DNA of 37,309 nt from Perkinsus chesapeaki ATCC PRA-425 (GCA_013115145.1 JAAPAO010000348.1:1-37309), one strand, 5' to 3'. Counted from the stretch's first letter, positions 1-12,659 are shown. Numbers and translations are program-made. The notes: generated by a model from the letters alone, not told the origin.

Positions 1-377
1 CTCAATGGGGTAAATGCCTTGATCATGAGTGTCGTACTCTTGGTCCCGGTGTTCTTACCATTCAGCCTGGTGCGATGAATGATACCAACTTCAGTGCTGC
101 TGCTGGCTGTGAAGAGTCGGGGTGTTTCAGACTTTTCGACATGCCTTCTGATAAATGCACTGATGAAGTTGTATGGAGGCTCCAAAATGACGATCCCCGT
201 ATTGCTACTGGTGTGCACACTATTGGTCGCGGTAATCAGTTCTCTGCTGCCCTCGAGCCCTGGCTTAGTGATAGCCTTGCTGGCTGGTTGGGTAGATGGT
301 CCATGTTTCAGCCTAGTACACCTTATCTACGCGGTATGGATGCCAGAGAGAGCAAGCTGGCAATTCATGTTCAGTGA
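1..377 (+). CDS. 3' end of an unidentified gene, truncated by the window edge
   Basis: Frame 3 is open from base 3 to TGA at 375-377 (QWGKCLDHECRTLGPGVLTIQPGAMNDTNF...KLAIHVQ*). No family motif recognised. Confidence 0.4.
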   Translation, partial: QWGKCLDHECRTLGPGVLTIQPGAMNDTNFSAAAGCEESGCFRLFDMPSDKCTDEVVWRLQNDDPRIATGVHTIGRGNQFSAALEPWLSDSLAGWLGRWSMFQPSTPYLRGMDARESKLAIHVQ

Positions 378-621
378 GCAGTCCGTTCAATACTGCTCGG
401 ACAAACCGATGCGTGTGCTGTACTAAGCGCATCCTTCTCTCCGACCTAGTCGATAGTATTACTACTTCCTTTATTTATGTTTAACACATGCATTTCTAGC
501 ATTCAATTCACCACTTTGTATTGAGTTGGTTAACATTGCTTGGCAGCGAGTCAATGTGGCAAGAGATTCAATCAGTGAAAAATGACGAGATGATCAGATG
601 AAATATTACCGCTACGCGAAC

Positions 622-674
622 CCTTCTTCGAAGAACAGTTGTCATCTCGTACTAAATATTTCTTCGAAAGAAGG
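622..674. repeat. Inverted repeat containing a 12-bp palindrome
   Basis: ccttcttcgaagaa (622-635) and ttcttcgaaagaagg (660-674) are reverse complements apart from one extra base. TTCTTCGAAGAA (624-635) is itself palindromic. Confidence 0.85.
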
Positions 675-824
675 ATGCCCTCAATGATGGGTTCCCACGG
701 TAGAATGTATATTTTGGGGAATCAAAGGGTTTCTACAACATTACTTATTTCGCGCTGTCTCGTCCTCTACTCTGTTAGCCTGAGTGTTCCACTTTTCTAG
801 TGACACGCGCGCGCGGTTCTTGAT

Positions 825-861
825 ATGTGCATGCGTGCAAGGTTCACGCACGCATGCACAT
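825..861. repeat. Perfect 14-bp inverted repeat (GCATGC hairpin), 9-nt loop
   Basis: atgtgcatgcgtgc-aaggttcac-gcacgcatgcacat, read directly. Confidence 0.95.
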
Positions 862-1179
862 CATACAATTAGGTTCGCTGTCGTAGTGGGATGGTTGGCT
901 GATGGAGAGTTCTAACCAAGCCGCTCCGGTTGACGCAATATCGTATGTATCCCACTTACCGAGGATCCGGCACCATTGCTTCAAGCAATTTGCTTGTGTG
1001 ATAACACATATAGGTTCTCTGCGTGTGTGTGAGTTTGTAGTCCAACGTAAAATATGACCTAGTTAGACTATCCATTCTATGTGCCTATACTGCTTTGTCA
1101 CTGTATGGTTCTCTGCGCTTTCATGGTTACAGAAGCGATATTCTAACTGCCAAATGACTAGTCCCTTTTCCGTTTGTTG

Positions 1180-4100
1180 ATGGCTTCCCGAAATAGGCGC
1201 CGGATCAGCGGAGAGAAAATTGGTGGTCGCTGGGACCCAACTCGCGACGGCCTCCGCGCAATAGATCTCAGCAGGCTTAGCCCCGACCCTACCGGGTCAT
1301 CAGCGCACTACTGGTCATCACTATACGGTAGGTCTATTACACTCTGTAGTCTAACTCCCAGCTCAATTTTAGGCCGGCGAATCCTTCTGGACGATCGATG
1401 GCACGGATATATCCGTCGCGTCACAGCTCTTGATGATAAGCCACCAAATGGTGGTTCCCCAGCATACTCCCTCACTATCAGGTAACCCCTCTAACACTCT
1501 AGAGTCTTCCGAGCACGATACAGCGCTTGCTTTATACTTGCCCTACTCCTGTAGGTTTGCCGCAATAGGATTGCCCAAAATGCTCTCTGATTCAGATTGG
1601 TGTCTCGCGATTCGCCTATCGTGATCGATCCATCGACAGCCTCGAGGCACAACCTGAAGGCCTTCCCCAGCCAAGGTGATCGTCTAGATAACTCTGGTCA
1701 TGAGTATTGCTTCGGTAAGTGCTGCAGGTGCTCGCTGCCCCATAGATCCTTGCTCAGGTAAATTCGACTTGGTCATCGTTGGTGGTGGCGCGGCAGGCCT
1801 AGCGGCGGCGACAGCCTTCGCGGACACTGCTAGGCCAGACAGTAACGCTCTCATACTCGAGGCCAATCCCTCGCAATTGGGTGGACGAGCGACACGCAGT
1901 GTCACAATTGATGTAAGATGCATTAGATCCCACTTCACTCGAACATGTGTCTCAGCACGCCACAGCCGTTAACACTTGTTCGTGGTTCGCAACCTCCTCG
2001 CCTGAAGATTCACATCTAACATTTCTATTAAACAGTAACATTAAGATCAAAACCGATCGAAAATTCCGATGGGACTCGCTGGCCGCCGGAGAGACAGGCT
2101 TCTTCTTTGGTACCTCCCCGGTATCTAGTGACCTGGTAGATGCGTGCTTTGCCTTCCATCAAGCGTGCGTGGTCGGCTCGTTCCTTCTCGAAAGTGACGG
2201 TGACTCCTTCCTCGAAGGGTACGACAGATTTCGCTCTTGCTATCACGCTCTAATTCAAGACGGCAATGCAAAGGAAGCTCAGTTTTCGGTTATCGCTAGG
2301 GGAGGTGACGAGGACCGCCACAAGATGCTCCAGGCCCGGGCAGTGCTGGACTACATGAGGTCGGCTGAATTCACCCACACTGGGGCGCCTGATATTTCCC
2401 GCACTGCGGTCGAGTCTGAGTACCTTAGCCGCAAGATTATTATGAGTGTTCGAGCTGCTGCGAAGGCCTGCCTGAGTGACGCCGAGGTGGTCCTTGACTT
2501 TGCGTTCGGCGACATAATTACTGTTGTAGCTGCCTTGAGGAAGATCGACAAAGAACAACTAGCGAAATGGATAGCTGCCGGACTCAGCGCGAAAGATCTT
2601 GGCGAAGGTGTGCCCACTGACTTGGCCAACACTATAAGGACCTGGGCGCAGTTTGCCGAAGAGGACAAGAAAGGTCGAGGGAGACCGGCAGAACACGGGG
2701 GTCTGATACATGATGGGCAGCAAGTTGGGTGGGGTGTCATGATGTCCGAGGTCGCTAAGATGGTGAAGAATCATCCTTCAAGGCTCGAGGTTATCTGTGG
2801 CGCTCGAGTGAGAAAGATTGATGGCCCCCACGGTGTGAACCAGTGGACTTCCGTGGTGTGGTTCACGCTTCCTGGAAGAGCCAATGGCGTCAGATTCGTA
2901 TTGTGTATGAATGTTATTATCTGTCTCCCTCTACCAATAATGCAGAGGGCTGATCCCATATCAGTGTTGCCCTCGCCGATGGGATCTACGGCTCTCCAGA
3001 TCTCTGGTATACCAGAGGAAGAGCTCCTCCGCGTGAGAGAGGCACTTACTAAGCTCTGGGCCGGCTTCGATGAGCGTCTGGTGTACATGTTTGATGTTGC
3101 GCCATGGAAACAAGGAGACAAACCGACGCCCTTTCCTGAGGAATGGCTTACACCAGACTGCCAAAATTGGGATGACTTACCAGTCATTAAGGTGGCGAGC
3201 GCAGCCTGTCTGCGATTCGTTAATCTCACCAAGTATCTATCACGTTCGGCTCGCTCTAGGACCATTCTGGTTGCATGTATATCAGCTGGTGTCGCCCGAA
3301 GCCCGCAGGATTGGCACACTCTCGTGGAGGAGGTCCTGACTGGTCTCTTCAAGGGCTGCCATACAATACCAACTCCATCTAGCAAGCACCTCTCTACCGA
3401 CAGTCTCATTCAAACAGCCTTCTGTAAAATGCTTCCTGGCTTCTCTGAGGAACTACATGATTTGCAAAGGCCTCTGGGCTCCCATCGAGGGGCCCTTCGC
3501 ATTGCGGGAGAATATACCAGTATGAAGGCCTTTGGCACAGTCGATGGTGCGTGGCAATCAGGGCACGACCATGCTATCGCAGTGATAGAGGAACAACTCG
3601 AGCAGCAGGCTCTTGCCAATGCCGAGGCCTTGAGGACCGACATCGATGCTGAATTCGCTAAAAGCGTCGAAGAAGTGAGCTCGGTTGCACAAAGCAGCCA
3701 GCATGCCTCCAGCGGTGATATCGGTACAGACATTCCCCATATGATGGCACGGCACACTATGCGAGACATCCACTCTTTCTCTTATGGCTTCCGGTACATG
3801 AAGAACACCCCCGAATTCGATCTGGTCTGCCCCCCAAGAAGAGAAGCTATAGAAGCTCAGCTCGATAGAGATGTAATCGAGTCGTGGATGGAGAAAGTCC
3901 GGCCAACCTATGGCGAGTTGAGCAAGTTCATGAAGGCCTTGATCGAGGAGAGCGCCAAGGGAAGGAACTCTGATATTGTTGGTTTGGCAGATTTCTATGC
4001 TCGAGCTATCATCCAGTCTCGGCAAATCACCATAGAGCCCTGGGAGCTCAGCGACTACCCTGACCCGGGTACGATGAAACGGAAACGCCTCAAGATTGGA

Positions 4101-4310
4101 CCGGATGGCCAAGCCACTTCATTAGGTGGTATCGAAGCCGTCGAAGAGGGAGGCTTCCGATACTACGTCTATTGGGAAGATGAGAAATGGTATCTTCCCC
4201 TACGTGCAAGTGAGGAACAATGTATCGGTGATATGAATAGATGGGCTGCACTTATGGAAGGACACTGCAGCCATGGGCATATTAAGCGAGCTCTTGCAAC
4301 ATGGCGATGA
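1180..4310 (+). CDS. Flavin-containing amine oxidase (MAO/PAO/LSD1 superfamily) with N- and C-terminal extensions; proposed exons 1180-1481, 1596-1714, 1758-1912, 1956-4310 (about 976 aa)
   Basis: FAD dinucleotide motif DLVIVGGGAAGLAAA...ILEA..LGGR and the C-terminal amine-oxidase motif LRIAGEYTS..FGTVDGAWQSG. The GT-AG intron 1913-1955 joins the two tracked ORFs in frame. Introns 1482-1595 and 1715-1757 are phase-compatible and extend the frame to ATG 1180; these first two exons are less certain. Confidence 0.85.
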
Positions 4311-4614
4311 CTTCATACCTCTTCGTGATAATGCACCGTTTGAATGTTAGTGTAAGGCAGTCGTTGTGTTCATTACTAGTAACTGTATACTTTATTCATC
4401 ACAGAATTCTCCATCTTTTCTGGATCACACATCCATTCGGGTGGAGTCCGTGCTGCGGATGAGTGGGACCCATAGGAGGAGTTTCGTTATTGATTTTACC
4501 GAGGATCAGACAAGTGTCTTGATCGGAAATGATGTTGATAGTTGTTTTCGTTATAGCTTGTTTACTAGTGGAACTCAATGCAAGCGTTGGAGGAATGCAG
4601 TAATAGTGATTTAA

Positions 4615-4879
4615 TCAACGCAGGAATAGTGTCACCACCGCCATTATTATACACGCAAGGGATACATAGGGACTGAGACGTTCTCCTATTACAGCAAATC
4701 TTCCGAAGAAGCCTGAACACAGAAATACAACGTTGAACGGGACAAGGAGAATGCTTACCTACGAACCCCGGCTTATGGTTGTCGATAAATGAAGGGAATT
4801 TGGGCCTTAGGAGAGTGCAGGTGCATATTGTCAGCAAAAGCACCGTTAGTAATGATTGGAAGTTGAACAGAGCACTCAT
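4615..4879 (-). CDS. TMEM167: Protein Kish (TMEM167 family), 72 aa, 2 exons (4879-4759, 4712-4615)
   Basis: Spliced product [72 protein letters not shown] matches the Kish signature (MSA.FNFQSLL.V.LL.ICTC...GER.SPYV) as I recall it. The 46-nt GT-AG intron is 4713-4758. Confidence 0.95.
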
Positions 4880-5105
4880 AGGGTTATATTGGCAACCGCA
4901 GCAACAAAAACTGAGACCGGACGATAGAGGGTCGAAGTGATTCGGATCCGATTGCGCGGGGAAATCCAAGACTTTGCCGCGATGTCGAAAACGGATTTGA
5001 ACTCAACACTACGAAGGTAACACAATGAGACACGTCCGCCACGTTCAACGGTAGCGGGATTTAAAAACGGTTATCGCATACTAGGGATGAATTGCCTTCC
5101 AGCCT

Positions 5106-8100
5106 TCACTGATTTATTAATATCAGCTGTATCTTCTTCCAGTCATACAATGGTAATGCTTGGGAGCGTGTAAATATAACTCCCCAGAGATAACTGGTAA
5201 ACCAGAGCTGAGTGTAGGCATTCTGTTGATAAGTCCGAATAACTATTGGATGAGGAACCGGCAGAATCCCGACCATCGTGGTGTCTTTCAAGAGCCTCAG
5301 AACCCCGTCTTGATCGGTGACGCCCTCAGATTCGCACTCGGAAACAATCTGAAGTGAGGAGATGGACGATGGTCCATTCATGTTGATCCTTACCTTCGGA
5401 TAGAGTGCGTTGAAAAGCCTATCAATTGTCTCCATTTTCTGCATAAGTTTTCCTTTCCATTCATCCAGCCACGCTTCGGTCGGAACCCACTTTTCCTGGC
5501 TCACCGAGGGATCCCCTAAATGACATCTATTGCCTCTCTAACGACCCCACTGTACTGCAATACCACTAGCACCAGCGGCTTGATGCATTAACGCTGTCTG
5601 CTTCTTCACTCTCTCCTCAGGGCTTCCCACTGCTCTGCCATACTCGTCAAACTCGTTCACTGGATGCTTTCCTGAGGACACTGTTGCAGTTGCTGAAGGC
5701 ATTGTATTGCTTTCCAGCGAATACTTAGAATAAGTCAACATGGATTTGCATACATTCAGATGCATTCATAGGATCATATTGTAGTTTAGTAGAATGAGTG
5801 TACCAATAAGACCGTAGATGCTGCTCTATGTAAACCACACTGATTTCCACAAACACCTACTACTAAAGCTTTGTTAGTGGTACCATACTCACCTGCACTC
5901 TCTTCCTCCGTCACGCTTTCCTCGTCCGGCTTTTCCTTCGGTGATGCCTCGGTGGTCGACGCGGCAGCAGTAGAAGGAGCAGCAACAGAGCCCCCAGTTG
6001 TCGGACTGCTGCTGGCCTTTGGTAACTACAACTCAGTCTATGCAACTTTCAAAGCCACACTAAAATCCGACGATATCCGAATCACTCAGAAGCTTCGGTA
6101 AATGGAGTAATTTTTCCGTACCGAGACCCGAAGGGTTGCTCACCTCCAATTGCTTGAGAGAGTCGAACACTTCCTTATGGCGAAGTACCGAATATATCAT
6201 CTGATGGTTACCTTCGTATTGGTACTGTATCTGATACCTTATTTCACTTTTGACGGTCTATCCAGCCTACCACGTTATTAAGGGACTCTATTAGGAAGAA
6301 AACTGCATGGTGATTCAAAGGCCCTTTGAAGAGCCAATGGGGCTTGGAAAACCTCTCAAGCAAGGAAAGCACTTTGATACAAGATTCCAGGCAGAAAGTC
6401 CTCACATAGGCCGAACTGAAAAAAACGACATCTCTGGGAATCGAACCTGGGACGACGACCTCGAGGGAGCCGTAGAGCAACATCAAATATATTCATAAGG
6501 AATATATTCCAGCGTATTCAGTGACATTATGTACAGTGCCGCTGAGCAAACGACAAAATGGCATTTTGTATCCTTACAATATGAATACACTTTAAATCGA
6601 ACTTTTGATCGTGTTGCGGCACCAACAGTGCTTAGTACACGCTTTTCGGTATGTAATATAATGCAGTATATAAACTCATGGAAAATGAGAAATGATACAG
6701 AAACTACTAATACATTTCAATAACTAGTGCACTGTACTAATGCAGTTATGCTGTACTAATGCATTTTAATAAGATCGAATCGCAGCACCCAACAGGACGG
6801 ACTCATGGCGCTGGCGTTGGTCATACCAGTTGACCACTAGAGATGATATATGCCAGCTTACACATTGCAGAGTGAGGTGAGCATCATATCGATGAGGCTC
6901 TCAGCTCCGGTAGTAGGAGACTTAGCCGTGGCTGCTACTGTGAGGGCATCCGAGACAACACGGTAAATACTGAGGGTCATCAGATCGGCAAGAGTACCAG
7001 TGAACTGGAGAAAAATGAGTTGTGCCGACGTAGAAGATCCTATAGGGCACGTACCATGGGAACATCCTGAATCCTAGCACCTTTGAAAGGGGCATTCAAA
7101 TTAACGGCGAAGTCACGGTCTAGAAGGAGGAGGTTTGCAATGAAGCAGTAGGGAAGCTCGCCAGTAGCCGCCGCTGCTTACCGCTGCTGAGTACTAGTAG
7201 GATGAAGCTGCACATGTGGAGCAGACCAACTTTAGCTGGTGAATTACGGGACGATACAAGGAGGTCCAATACGGGGTGCAAGATCTGAAGATTAGAGGAG
7301 AGAGCGGTATGAATACTTATAGCAACAGTCCAAGCGGCCCTGTGAACTGTCTTAGAATAGAAGTCGCCATGAGTGAGCGAGATCTTGATAGAGCAATTGG
7401 ATAACCCCACGCCCTTATTCCCCCTTCTAACGTTAAAGCGTCATTGAAGCTACGAAGGATATATTCCTACAAGCCACGCTATGGGTAACAACTAATAGAG
7501 TCGATTATATACATGAGGATTGGGAGGTCTGACCATGCTGGAACAGGCTCATGAGCTCGAATACACAGCAACCCTACATCTTCAGTATGTCGCATACAAA
7601 GCCTCTTCCTAAAGACAGTATTAATAGTAACCAAATGCCACAGTAATATTAACGCTTCCTGATAGAATGGGACCTAATAAATCGGTCAAGGAACTTCACC
7701 CGCCAACGCCAATCTTACAGCTTTCCTGCTGCTTGGAAGGTACGTCCGTTTGGCATCATCAACCGTCACTATCATCCGTACCAGACCGTCAGCCTGAAGG
7801 TTATAATGGCGGGCCTGGGAATCGAACTTGGGTCGGTCTCACCATAAAGTCTAACTCAGTCGGCTTCTCTATTCCCCTCGCCATTATACGGTACACATTG
7901 CGAGGCTTATCGACCTCATCATCAGGACCGACGGGAGGGAAAGCGCATGACGAGAATCCTAACAGTTGCAGAAATAACAGAGAAATCAGCATTCAGCGCA
8001 CTTCTTCGTTGCGGGGGAGGATCTTTGTGTGCGCTGTCCCGATCAGAGCCACTAGCTGCATCATCAGAGGGCCCGCTGCTGCGACGGGACTTCACCATAT

Positions 8101-10249
8101 CCGAGCCCTTGGTCTCCGCGGAGGGATTGAAGTCTAATACAGCACACAAAACCTGCAGCAAGGATAAAATGACACGCGTGGGGTTCGAACCTGCGCCTTA
8201 CCTGCAGGGACAAGTCCACCAAGGCCTCCTGCGTTCCACTTGAGAAGGCTGAACCATATGGCATTCCCTACACCAAAAAGGCTGTCCTATAAAACAAGGA
8301 TAGTTGAAGCTTACGTAACCTCTGGGGTCATAGGCAACCACCGTGCTCATCAGACTGCAAAACACATCTGCCGTATAGGGAAGGTCGCCGCTACAAAAAG
8401 TAACCAGCACCCTTGATGGCTCCGAAGTGTACGTCGATATAGGCTAATAAGTGGTATAACAGTATGGTACAATATATGGCTACTACCTGGAACAAAGGCT
8501 CACTCAGTAGTGTAAGGAGGCATTTAAGAACTTCACAACGGGCGCTAATCACTTCATCTGAATGAATACCAGATGAAGCAGCTAAGAGTGGCATGGTTAC
8601 TGTTCTGACTAACTGGTAGCTTCTCTGCGGTACCAACGCCTCCTTTCCAGACAAATCCCGATTCAACTCTATGTGTTGGTAGAGGCAATGAAGCTCCAGT
8701 ACCTATACAAGATAATACAAGCAGGAGCGAGGGGCTACTGACTAACCATGGGGAAGGATAACAGTGAAATCCTTGAGGAAAAGTGACCATTGTAAGGCCC
8801 GAAGAATCCTGTACATCAACGGCGCATCCGTTAAATCATCCTCAATACTAGAAGCCTCGCTCCCTGCCTCATCAGGCGGAGCTGCGTCTAAGACAGGAGA
8901 GTCCAACCGGTCTGGATTTCGACCTGTACTTGAGTTATCAGAAGTCTCTGGCTCGGGAAGGGCAGGGGCCGGCTCGACTACGATGGATTCCCCATCATTT
9001 TTAACTATCAATCTGAACATACAATTCATACCACTCTCTAACCAAATCACAACTTCAATACCCCCCTGGATGCCACAGTAGCGTGAGTGGCCCCTCCGCA
9101 TTAACATCTTCAAGGAGGAACGGACCGAGTCTTGTCAGCAGGCGAATGCACTGCAAGGCTTGTGTGCGCTGTCCCAATGTCAGTTCATGCGGAACCGTAG
9201 CCCCCTTTGAATCCGCATCTGAGCAACTAGTACACGTTCAAAATAGAGCCTTCGTTACCTTCAGCATCCTCCCCTACAGGCGCCGAGACCAGCCCCGTTG
9301 CACAGATCTATCACAGATGATTTGGATGATAAATAGATAACCTTTCATTACCTCCTCCAGTTTCGTCACTATCCTCCTCAATAAGAACTGCATATTATAC
9401 GGCCGCTCATCCCTTAGATTCCTAACCCACTCCGGCGTAACTATCTCAAAAATCTCCTCAATGCTCAATTGCGTATCTGATATCACTACAGTGATCGCTG
9501 GCCCAATGACCAACTACACAACTGTCAGAGGGAGATCAAGACAGAACTGAGCAAGATCCCAGCAAATTCACGCATGGAGTACTGGTGCGTGGCAAATTGA
9601 AAACCAGGAAAGGTATTAATTCGACAGGCTGCACGGAGCGGACTCCACAGTGTTCCGTGGTGCATGCCACACAGACGTTTTGTGTGGGGAATGGTATCAC
9701 TCCTGGATGACTGGCGTGACATATCTATCCGATCCGAAGTTCCACCGGCTTTCACACTGTATGCAAATATCTCTGATCGCAACATTACTGAGTATTTGCT
9801 GAGTAATAGTTGGGAAGGATTATTGAGGTAATGTCTTCTAAAACAAAGCAGTAAATATATTACTATTTGTAATATACGACTAAATCCATGCTGTACTATG
9901 ATAAAGTGTGGACAGGAGGTAATTGAGAAACTTCTCGAGGGTGATAAATGCTCAATCCTATCGAATCCATACAGTAAATAGATCCTCTTGGAGAGTTCCT
10001 CTTTCAACAGCTATCCAAGCTTCCCTCCTACTCCCACCATTTATAGAGCCAGACGTTCTTAGGTCCAGTAGATCTAGCACTCTCCAATATCGAGGCGCGC
10101 GTGAAACCCCCGAGCTTGCTGCTATTACCGAAAATAGTATCCCAGAATTCCTCCTTGTGTGGCGCAGCTTCCGGATCGGCCGCCAGATCGCATTGGCCGA
10201 GCTCATCCAGATAATCAGACAGCAATGCTCGACTATCTGAGTTACCCAT
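5106..10249 (-). CDS. HID1: HID1 (Hid1/dymeclin-like Golgi protein), multi-exon
   Basis: N-terminus MGNSDSR...EEFWDTIF (myristoylation-type MG start), IVTPEWVRNLRDERPYN, YDPRG..MPY, NHHAVFFLIESLNN, and C-terminal TMVGILPVPHPIVIRTYQQN..TQLWFTSYLWGVIF all match recalled HID1 blocks. Confidence 0.92.
6426..6451 (-). other. tRNA 3'-end / B-box-like motif at the 3' end of a HID1 intron (6416-6861)
   Basis: Minus strand cccaggttcgattcccagagatgtcg followed by T7 and the CAG acceptor. No D or anticodon arm. Confidence 0.7.
7807..7832 (-). other. tRNA 3'-end / B-box-like motif inside a 49-nt HID1 intron (7794-7842)
   Basis: Intron gtgagaccgacccaagttcgattcccaggcccgccattataaccttcag. Confidence 0.7.
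8170..8197 (-). other. tRNA 3'-end / B-box-like motif inside a 49-nt HID1 intron (8153-8201)
   Basis: Intron gtaaggcgcaggttcgaaccccacgcgtgtcattttatccttgctgcag. Confidence 0.75.
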
Positions 10250-10373
10250 ATCAAAAAATGATGCTAAAGATACGTCTCGCACTGCGAAGAATCCGCCCTG
10301 ACCAACTGGAAATAAAGGCTTGCCAAGCTTAGTAGAAGAAACCACAAGCAACGTCGTTAATGGGGCTTTTCCA

Positions 10374-12537
10374 TCATATACGATATTGCTCCACAAACTC
10401 TTGCTCCATTTCTTGAAGCCCCTCCGTGCCCTACAAAACCTATAAGATACCAACTTCATATGCCTTTTAATACCTGTGCACATATGACAACCGAATGCAG
10501 CGGGCCACCGAGGCGCTCCGATGCCTTATCAGACGCCACGTCCTCGGCTCTACCGAACACTATAGACTGGTCCTTGCACCCAACACGTGCTACTCCCTGA
10601 TAGGACATATGCCCCACTGTAGTGGATATTTTTATTAACACTACCACTACTAAGGAGTCTTTACCAACTATGCCTGGGTTACCACGGGCCTCATCTATCT
10701 CCATTAATTGCTCAAGGGCTGTCTGCACCGACATGAATCTGATGGAATATTTAACAATAACACATTTTTCTGACACCTCTAGCTATTCAATACAATGAGT
10801 GTTCCATCCAATTGCATAATAATCCACCAAGGTTCCTCAATCGACAAGGCTATGCCCTTAAACACACGGAACATGATTTTTCCAACCTTATACCTTAGTG
10901 TGGTATAATTGTGAATAGCTGGTCTTTGCATCATTCTATAGGCAGAATGCATTTACCCTTTCGTCGTATTAGGGAAACGTATTTTCGCAGATATCTCGGT
11001 ATTAGAAGCCCCCTACGCCTCGAAAGACTCACTCGCATGAATGCAGCTGAATCCTCTGGTATACCATATGCTACAGCGCTCCCCAACAGTTCCCTCACTA
11101 CCTTGGTGGCTCGTAGATATCATTTCCTTTCATAAGGTTAACTATACTCTGCTCCTTAACCTTAATGTCCAACAGGCATAAAGTGTGTAAGCCTCTCTTA
11201 GCATTATCCGCTATTTTATCGAAATAACTATCGGGCTTCCAAGAGTCATCCCAAAAACATATCGAAACAGTCTCGCCGAACCGATATCTAAAGTCAACGA
11301 AACTATACTTTAGGAATTCCACTTACACATGAATATGTATAGGGATTTTATTGAAGAGGCGTGATAAATGATGTAAAGCTTTAGAAAAGCTAACCACTAT
11401 GTACCCTAAACTATACCGAACGGGTAAGTATCCATACATATATCAAGCATGGTACCGTTAACCGGCAGACCATATGAGGACCTAGTATTAGATACCAAAA
11501 TAGAGGTATTATAATTATATTACAATAATGATTAATATGTTACCGACAGATCTAATATGAATTTCAAAGACGACTAAACGTTGTAAATGAAGTTACTCCT
11601 TTTCCCTAAGCTGCCCTTATTACAAATGTAGACCACAGCAAGCTATTGCATTCATAATACTAGCATTGTGAACTACCGATACCTGAGGGAAGTTGATGGC
11701 ATAAAAATTATGGCCCCGATACTACCTCAATATCCTTGGCCTTAGCTCGTAAGAATAAGTCTGTATGTGTTGTGGCGCAAAGAGCATCACCGACGACACA
11801 GAAACATACATTCTTCTCGGTAGCCTAATATGGACAGATGAGCCATGGCTCCTGGCAAACCATTGTACCCTTTCAAGCATCTCCTCACACCCTCCTTCGA
11901 CAAGGTGCCTGTCAGCTTCAATGAAGGGAACGTCTATACCGTAACTGATGTGGAGATAACGGAAAAATCAATGTTCTGGGATCTACTTGCGAACGTAAAA
12001 TGGCACCTCGATTGCTCTTGGAAAACACGACAGTACTCAACCTAGGTTGAGATGTTAACCTTTATATAAATGATACAGAGGAGATTATACTATAGTAGAA
12101 AATATAATACTAATCAATAGAACAACCCTGCTTTCTTATATGGGAATAAAATGTTTCAACAAAACGGGGAGAACAGTCTTCAACGAGCGATGCCGATAGG
12201 AGGTAAAAGGTACGAGCTCTACACTATTCTCAAAAAATTATAAATATCTTCCGGGGTTGGAAAAGTCGACAGGAATTTTTCGTAATTTTCTTTCCCTGCT
12301 ACGTATCCAACACATGCATATATACCAACATTTCACACTTACGCCTTCCTCAAGTCATCTGGCTTCTGTCCGACTAATACACTAGTGTAACTTTCAAGAT
12401 ATACGTAATCAGCTTCACGCAATGCTTCCAGGCCTAAGTACTATATGATGCCCAAACCATTCGCATGCATTGTTACCTTTAAGTGTTATATCTTTAGGAT
12501 CACCAAGTCCAAGGCCGATGAATGTGAGCTTACCCAT
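10374..12537 (-). CDS. DPH5: Diphthine methyl ester synthase, multi-exon
   Basis: [75 protein letters not shown] and [11 protein letters not shown] occur in order. Stop TGA at 10374-10376. Confidence 0.96.
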
Positions 12538-12659
12538 TAATATACGATAACAGCAAGTCCCTATCAATTATGTTACACCTCAGTTACACACGACATGTTC
12601 CCATTCCAGCCTCTCGACGCAAAACTTTCTCGCTCGCCACTGGCCCAACTTTCTGCTTA

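Noticed and set aside
825-875. Helitron 3' end
   Set aside because: The hairpin is not followed by a CTRR terminus at the expected distance, and no Rep/helicase is nearby.
1700-1757. ATG 1700 or 1947 as the amine oxidase start
   Set aside because: 1947 lies in intron 1913-1955. 1715-1757 looks like a typical 43-nt GT-AG intron whose removal links upstream exons in frame, so 1180 is preferred pending cDNA.
2771-3409. Long antisense ORFs over real genes (also 3558-4112, 21921-22382, 30874-31627, 31997-32494)
   Set aside because: Shadow frames of coding sequence with no recognisable motifs.
8153-8260. Complete tRNA gene on the minus strand
   Set aside because: Only the T-loop and acceptor-like 3' part is present, the T-stem does not pair, and the upstream sequence is a HID1 exon with no D or anticodon arm.
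9525-10007. 160-aa ORF inside HID1 intron 1
   Set aside because: Non-ATG start, AT-rich middle, no homology recognised.
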